Positions 46,701-51,464 of a stretch of 51,464 nucleotides of DNA are shown here, piece by piece. Under the pieces are notes generated by a model. The model was given only the letters and a program-made list of their open reading frames with translations. It was not told the DNA's origin and did not search any database. The stretch is from the NCBI GenBank assembly GCA_038062735.1, contig JBBTWN010000016.1:1-51464 (forward strand), in the 5' to 3' direction. The DNA comes from Patescibacteria group bacterium (GTDB lineage Bacteria > Patescibacteriota > Minisyncoccia > Phycocordibacterales > Phycocordibacteraceae). Positions within the stretch are counted from its first letter, which is position 1. Every line of letters starts with the position of its first letter. Both the position numbers and the translations under genes were made by a program.

Positions 46701-47208
46701 TACTGATGAAAGCTGTACCAGCGGCGGTGATGGAGGTGGAGGATCTGGTGGCGGAGGTGGCTCCGGTGGTGGCGGCGGCGGCGGTGTCTTTATTACCGGC
46801 ACGTCCTGTACAGCTGCGAACTTCTGCAAGAACTCAGATGTATACCACCGCGATGCTAGTTGTAACGAAACGTTTGTTGAAAACTGTCCATACGGATGTT
46901 CGAACGGCGAATGTCTTTTGGGTGGGGGAGAGCCAGAATTAAATATCACGGCAAATCCTCCGCTCATCAGAAAGGGTCAGAGCTGTACGCTTCAGATTTC
47001 TGCAAAAAACGTAGTTTCTTGCTCACTAACTGGTTCTGGTGTCTCTCGGCTCTTCACCGCTGTTGATGGCGTTATTAGTCAGTCACAAGTTCTTACCCCC
47101 GCGCTCATGCAAACAACCCCATACACGCTTCGCTGCATCGGTGTAACTGGAACGCAAGTAACCAAAAATGTTGACTGTAAGATCGCGCCGTCATTTGAGG
47201 AGTTCTAG
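43705..47208 (+). CDS. Large secreted Cys-rich surface protein with Ig-like, PKD and acidic Ca-binding-type repeats
   Basis: 1167 aa; signal/TM; LTWSS..A.SC Ig repeats; two GG..Y.YSW.GTDGL.G PKD-like units; CSDG.DN.D...D..D.GC repeats; Pro-rich and Gly-rich linkers. Confidence 0.88.
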   Translation: MNKALFSFVIAGLLIGTAVVLGSSVDPAPVAAASCTGTWQYQGSDLSDMSCPVANPNRTGAYSAVPTCPNPGSFTEGGSCTTGRCKANVLTSMSGCVIATTIYSCNDPSGVPVTSCVAPAALSASLVANPTSILRGEQSMLTWSSTGAVSCSGTNFNTQGAVSGSVVVSPAQTTTYTVTCSGVGTQTTSPASTISHTETQAYTSSAVIADMQASGINLPAVQGNTGFANDQTTMNRVCVLIDGAGATASNIGARSYTSPGNNGVVSYNGSGWIRTAGVSVHMSTSFSCVKPGSTTVGSAPTASASASVSVSQPDPVEETPFTVQCSPTPSQAQTGQAVTWNSSVTGGEGNYSYSWSGTDGLTGTGQTAQKTYTTAGHKAGKLTVKYTPSLVVNAPQTSEPPSTAPTVPPPPPTTPPQFIIPPASICPAIGWVTPIAPCTGGTWQPSFSSGGCQTGWQCVQNTTTTTGGGGYIQPMNIELGPSINDLINSFEPPTIYKFPDIQTVDGFVLGTQCSEANNPDQWYSGSAVLTANEGLNGPHDCAAEAASAGYEYWNRSVRTTSCVGNICQVDPVFTVCYGLTSPGALAAKPAIVASNVDTRYDSGRVCAAGAMTSGGNCSLQFSPSTIQTGESTTMSWTANGAVSASVNNGIGPVTPATSGSKVISPTSSGTYTLTYSTSGTQTTSPASTISHTETQAYTSSAVIADMQASGINLPAVQGNTGFANDQTTMNRVCVLIDGAGATASNIGARSYTSPGNNGVVSYNGSGWIRTAGVSVHMSTSFSCVKPGSTTIVPGTSASCQSGTLTVSGAPAPQPQTIVADCSGTICSAATCSCLTPDCGGVEVTETQCSDGIDNSDPEDTLVDMNDPGCSSPDDDDETDAPQCSDGYDNDQDSDEDFPQDSGCEGPDDDDETGSNGLTVSCSPNKTTGKVGDSIRWSSTVSGGTSPYTYSWTGTDGLSGSSASVQKTYTTEGTKTASLTVNDNSPSTPAVTTICNGLQCTDESCTSGGDGGGGSGGGGGSGGGGGGGVFITGTSCTAANFCKNSDVYHRDASCNETFVENCPYGCSNGECLLGGGEPELNITANPPLIRKGQSCTLQISAKNVVSCSLTGSGVSRLFTAVDGVISQSQVLTPALMQTTPYTLRCIGVTGTQVTKNVDCKIAPSFEEF
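44253..44588 (+). repeat. 336-bp direct repeat, copy 1
   Basis: No mismatch to 45738-46073 found by eye; offset 1485 bp, in frame. Confidence 0.92.
45738..46073 (+). repeat. 336-bp direct repeat, copy 2
   Basis: No mismatch to 44253-44588 found by eye. Confidence 0.92.
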
Positions 47209-47241
47209 CGAACATTCAATGGTCTCGTTTAACATGGCCCT

Positions 47242-50200
47242 ATGATACGAGAAAAAGCTTTGATGCCCAGAGCGCTCTTCACCATCGCGATAGTCTTGGT
47301 TGTTTTCCTTGCAAGCGATACGGCGCACGCGATTGGGCCAGTCGGTCTTACCTTCAACGCAACGCCGAGCACCATCGCTCCCGGTGGTACGGCAACGCTG
47401 ACCTGGAGCGCCACAAACGCCGATTTCTGCTCAGGGAACGGGACAGGTGGGAGTAACGAGAATAACGGCGCATACTCTGTTAGTCCTGCCGTTACTACAA
47501 GCTACACGATTACGTGCTACAACACCGAGCCGCCGACTACTCAAAATTCCTCCTCAAAAACGGTAATCGTTTCGTCTACTCCAATGCCATCGGCGTCGCT
47601 CTCTGCAAGCCCCTCTACCATAAACGCTGGTGCAACCTCAACGCTCAACTGGAACTCGACCAATGCGACATCGTGCTCGGGTTCCGGCTTCACCGCGAGC
47701 GGAACGTCGGGCTCGGTCGTCGTTTCGCCGGCGGCAAACACGACTTACAGCATCACCTGTAACGGCCCTGGCGGCACGTCGCCTCTCGTGAGTGCCACAG
47801 TGTCGGTTACGCAAGTTGTTGATCTCACTGCTGGGACTCCGACACTCAATTCAGGCTCTTTTGTTAACGGCGCAGCCATTACCTTTTCCGGCGCGGTAGC
47901 CAATGGTGGTGGCACGAGTACATCTGCTACATTTTCAAACCGTTTCCAAATTGATTTGGGTGCAAATGGTACCTATGACACGAACCTTGACGCGACGAGC
48001 TCAACTGCAGGTATCAACGCTGCGCAAACAAAAACATTTGTGTCACCCACATGGACTGCGACCACCGGCACCTATAAAATCCGTTTGTGCGTTGATTCAC
48101 CCACATCAGGAGTTACCGAGTCGAACGAGGGTAACAACTGTGGAGCGGACTATACCTTCACGGTCGGCGGAGCATGCACACCGACGCTGACGGACAATCA
48201 GTGGTATACGACATCTGCCCAGCAGACGCTCTATGCGAACGAAGGGCTCCAGTACCCTTATGACTGTGGCACAGCTGCCGCTGATGCCGGTTTCCCGTAT
48301 TGGAACCAGACAACAACCTACAGCCCGGGCAATTTTGATCCCTATTATTCTGTATGTGCCGGGTTTCCAAGCATCACCGGGACTGTTGCAAAACCGCCAA
48401 GTGGTCCAAACACATACCGCTCTGGCACTGCCTGTGTTGGTCCGTCATCTCCAACCGCGTCCCTTACCGCAAGCCCCACGTCCATAAATCTAGGATCAAA
48501 CTCTACTCTTACTTGGTCGTCGACTAATGCGACATCATGTACCGGTACAGGATTTTCAACGGGGAATGCGACTTCAGGCTCTGTGGTCGTGTCCCCGACG
48601 TCAGAAACAACGTACACCTTGACCTGCTCCGGTGCCGGTGGGTTGGCAAACAGTAGCGTGACGGTGTCCATTGCTGGATCAATAGATGCGAGCGTTACGG
48701 CGAACCCGACGTCGATAACCAGTGGAAGTAACTCGACACTCACGTGGTCTTCAATAAACGCAACCTCGTGTACTGGGAACAATTTTTCAACGGGAGGTGC
48801 GCTTTCTGGCTCCTTAGTGGTCTCACCGAGCACTTTTACAGAATATGCAATCACCTGTTCGAGCGGCTCCCCATCGGGCGGGTCAGGAACGTGGGAGTAC
48901 CAGGAGTCAGATATCACTGATTTCTCATGTCCACTCACGGATACAAATAGAGCGTATGGTTTTTTGCCAGATTGCCCTGATAACCCACAGGGATTGGCGT
49001 GCACGGGCTCTAGCATGTGTAAAATCAATACGATCAACGGATGTAACATTTATACCGACCTATATCAGTGCTCCGGCGGCTCCGCCACATATCAATCGGT
49101 GATCAGAAACGCGACGGTAACGGTTACTACTCCCGCACCCACCGCAAACATTTCAGCTTCACCGCCAACGATTGTTGTCGGCAACAATACGACGATTACC
49201 TGGTCTTCGACCGACGCGACGTCGTGCACCGGTACAAACTTCTCGACCAACGGCGCCACGTCGGGCTCGGTCGTCGTTTCGCCGAGTACCACAACGACAT
49301 ACTCTGTCTCGTGTACAGGTGCAGGCGGTACCACGGCGAGTTCAAACAATCCGACCGTGACGGTTACGTATCCTGTGCCCACCGCAAACATTTCAGCCTC
49401 ACCAACAACGGTGGTGATGGGTAACAGCGCGACTCTAACGTGGTCTTCAACCAACGCGACATCGTGCACGGGCACAAACTTTTCAACGAGCGGCGGCGCG
49501 AGTGGTTCTGCCGCGGTATCGCCGTCAGCAACAACCACCTACACTGTTGCGTGTTCAGGTGCTGGCGGCACCTCCACGTCGACAGCGACTGTGGGCATTA
49601 GCTCTGGTACGTTTGAGCTGACTGCTGGCGTGCCAAGTATCTATTCGGGCTCGTTGATCGCCGGGGCACCAGTTCGTTGGCGCGGTACTGTGACGAACGG
49701 TGGAACCGGCTCAACATCCAGCACGTTTAATAACCGCTTCCAAATCGATCTCGGGAATAATGGTTCATGGAATACTAATCTAACTGCAACGAGTTCCATC
49801 GCCGGCATCGCATCAGGTCAGTCAAAAACAGCACTATCACCGACTTGGAGTGCGACAACTGGAACACACGCCATACGGTTGTGTGCAGACACTCCTACAT
49901 CAGCAATCAGCGAGACAAACGAGTCGAACAACTGCGGTAGTCCGTTAGTCTTTACGGTGGCCGCCACACCAAATGCACCATTTATCTCGGGTCCTACGAC
50001 GGGGTACACCAATTCAGCATACGTATTTTCGTTCGCTGCGACCGATCCTGCATCAACCACGGTGCGTTACGGCATTGATTGGGACAACAACAGCGTCGTC
50101 GATCAATACCTACCCGCGAGTGGGTATGTCGGGAGTGGTGTGTATCAAGATGCAACGCGAACATGGTTAACCACCGGCTCGTCAACATTACAGGCATTCA

Positions 50201-51273
50201 CACAAAATTCGAATGGTGCGACTTCAACGTGGTCAACACATACTATTTTCATTAGCACCGCACCTCCGCCTCCGCCCGTTGCGCTGGTCACGATTGAGCC
50301 AGATGCATTTGAGGGAGGGCAGAGCGCGATTATTACTTGGTCTTCATCAGACGCGACGGATTGCACCGGCACCGGCTTTTCAACGGGGGGTGCTACCAGC
50401 GGCACAGTTTCGACAGGTCCAGTCTACACCACCACGACATTCTCTGTCTCATGCACGGGGACCTCAGGTACTGACGCCGATTCAGCGACACTTACCATCA
50501 CGTCTGCAGTTGATCTCACTTCCGGTACACCAGGGCTTAATTCTGGCTCTCTCTACAACGGTGCTTCAGTAACATTCTTTGCAAACGTAAATAACGATGG
50601 TAACGGCGATACAACTTCAACGTTCAGTAATCGTTTCCAGGTCGATCTCAATGACAACGGTTCTTGGGATGTGAATCTTGATGCGGCGAATTCTGTGGAC
50701 GGAATGCTCGCGGGGCAGTCAAAGAGTGTTATATCACCATCATGGACCGCGGTCACTGGAACACACAGAGTCCGCATGTGTGCAGACTCGCCGACGTCGG
50801 TCGTTGGTGAGGTGGACGAAGCGAATAACTGCTCGACCGGATACTTTACCTTCACTGTTACACCTACTCCAGAGTGTGCAGACGACATTGATAACAATGG
50901 CAACACCTTTATTGACTATCCGGCTGATGCTGCATGTACGGCACTTCTTGATGGCACAGAAGAAGTACTGGCGTCAGCTGACCTCTCAGTCACCGCATTT
51001 CCCAGTGGGGGATCTCTAGGAACGCCGAACGTTGTAAAGCCGGGGACCACCGCAGCGATAACATGGAGCGCCCAAAATGTTGAAACAGATTCATGTACGT
51101 TGTCGGGTGACAACGGGGACGCATGGAGCAATCTCACCGGTTCGTCGGGCACGAACGTGTCGTCATCCTTGAACGGTGAAGTCACTTTCACACTTTCATG
51201 CATGAATCTTGATCATCAACCCGTTTCTGTCTCAGCGACTGTTCGACTAACACCGCGATTCCAAGAGCTATAA
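47242..51273 (+). CDS. Large secreted surface protein with about 8 Ig-like repeats, 3 CARDB domains, PKD-like unit and Cys-rich inserts
   Basis: 1343 aa, Ser/Thr-rich; ASP.TI..G...TLTWSSTNATSC repeats; DLT.G...V.N.G...F.NRFQ.DL...IRLC.D....V.E.NE.NNC three times; TAACAT 6 nt before ATG. Confidence 0.9.
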   Translation: MIREKALMPRALFTIAIVLVVFLASDTAHAIGPVGLTFNATPSTIAPGGTATLTWSATNADFCSGNGTGGSNENNGAYSVSPAVTTSYTITCYNTEPPTTQNSSSKTVIVSSTPMPSASLSASPSTINAGATSTLNWNSTNATSCSGSGFTASGTSGSVVVSPAANTTYSITCNGPGGTSPLVSATVSVTQVVDLTAGTPTLNSGSFVNGAAITFSGAVANGGGTSTSATFSNRFQIDLGANGTYDTNLDATSSTAGINAAQTKTFVSPTWTATTGTYKIRLCVDSPTSGVTESNEGNNCGADYTFTVGGACTPTLTDNQWYTTSAQQTLYANEGLQYPYDCGTAAADAGFPYWNQTTTYSPGNFDPYYSVCAGFPSITGTVAKPPSGPNTYRSGTACVGPSSPTASLTASPTSINLGSNSTLTWSSTNATSCTGTGFSTGNATSGSVVVSPTSETTYTLTCSGAGGLANSSVTVSIAGSIDASVTANPTSITSGSNSTLTWSSINATSCTGNNFSTGGALSGSLVVSPSTFTEYAITCSSGSPSGGSGTWEYQESDITDFSCPLTDTNRAYGFLPDCPDNPQGLACTGSSMCKINTINGCNIYTDLYQCSGGSATYQSVIRNATVTVTTPAPTANISASPPTIVVGNNTTITWSSTDATSCTGTNFSTNGATSGSVVVSPSTTTTYSVSCTGAGGTTASSNNPTVTVTYPVPTANISASPTTVVMGNSATLTWSSTNATSCTGTNFSTSGGASGSAAVSPSATTTYTVACSGAGGTSTSTATVGISSGTFELTAGVPSIYSGSLIAGAPVRWRGTVTNGGTGSTSSTFNNRFQIDLGNNGSWNTNLTATSSIAGIASGQSKTALSPTWSATTGTHAIRLCADTPTSAISETNESNNCGSPLVFTVAATPNAPFISGPTTGYTNSAYVFSFAATDPASTTVRYGIDWDNNSVVDQYLPASGYVGSGVYQDATRTWLTTGSSTLQAFTQNSNGATSTWSTHTIFISTAPPPPPVALVTIEPDAFEGGQSAIITWSSSDATDCTGTGFSTGGATSGTVSTGPVYTTTTFSVSCTGTSGTDADSATLTITSAVDLTSGTPGLNSGSLYNGASVTFFANVNNDGNGDTTSTFSNRFQVDLNDNGSWDVNLDAANSVDGMLAGQSKSVISPSWTAVTGTHRVRMCADSPTSVVGEVDEANNCSTGYFTFTVTPTPECADDIDNNGNTFIDYPADAACTALLDGTEEVLASADLSVTAFPSGGSLGTPNVVKPGTTAAITWSAQNVETDSCTLSGDNGDAWSNLTGSSGTNVSSSLNGEVTFTLSCMNLDHQPVSVSATVRLTPRFQEL

Positions 51274-51274
51274 T

Positions 51275-51464
51275 ATGAAAATGTATCAGCCAATCGCGGC
51301 TCTTCTAATACTTCTTATAGCGACAATGCCATTTTCTGCATTTGCGGCTGATGCTTCGCGTCCGGTCCCCGCAGGCCTTCAATTATGCGAGTCATATGTT
51401 CGACCATACGACGTGTCAGCGACAGTGTCAGCAGAGCTTCGAGAAGTCGCCCAGGGCGCTACCA
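51275..51464 (+). CDS. Secreted protein, 5' part only (runs off window)
   Basis: ATG 1 nt after upstream stop; MKMYQPIAALLILLIATMPFSAFA signal peptide; open to window end. Confidence 0.65.
   Translation, partial: MKMYQPIAALLILLIATMPFSAFAADASRPVPAGLQLCESYVRPYDVSATVSAELREVAQGAT

Noticed and set aside
46723-46785. GGGGS-like linker suggesting a synthetic construct
   Set aside because: Irregular codons and Gly counts within a natural low-complexity loop; no vector features
1-51464. CRISPR array, IS element, integrase or prophage
   Set aside because: No spaced short repeats and no transposase, integrase or phage structural motifs seen
1-51464. Alternative genetic code (TGA as Gly)
   Set aside because: Conserved genes end properly at TGA (copB, pilO, gatA, rpiB) and have no internal TGA

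Overview
Gene-dense bacterial window using the standard code (TGA is a stop). Gene content and style suggest Patescibacteria/CPR, Parcubacteria-like; this is an inference from the type IV pilus-competence cluster, split transketolase, cfa, many orphans and absence of Shine-Dalgarno sites. Left to right: a CsoR-controlled copper island (frameshifted CopB-type P1B ATPase, small membrane proteins, multicopper oxidase); comF plus a pilMNO-pilB-receiver-pilT-pilC-pilin-pilD-minor pilin cluster; ligA, gatC, gatA; an atypical initiator tRNA-Met; gap-rpiB-rpe-tkt; cfa plus a His-box lipid hydroxylase; PfkB kinase, FAD oxidoreductase, HD hydrolase, rplY; a lytic transglycosylase and two very large Cys-rich Ig/PKD/CARDB surface proteins. 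Two signals stand out. (1) The surface proteins are built by plugging exchangeable Cys-rich modules into the same loop of Ig-like scaffolds, with nesting, a 336-bp identical duplication, modules shared between the two genes and a shared C-terminal P-x-F-x-E motif. (2) About 21 genes have a TANNNT -10 box 6-7 nt before the start codon, implying pervasive leaderless transcription, including self-contained promoter+orphan-ORF cassettes. All family assignments come from motif recognition by eye, not database searches.
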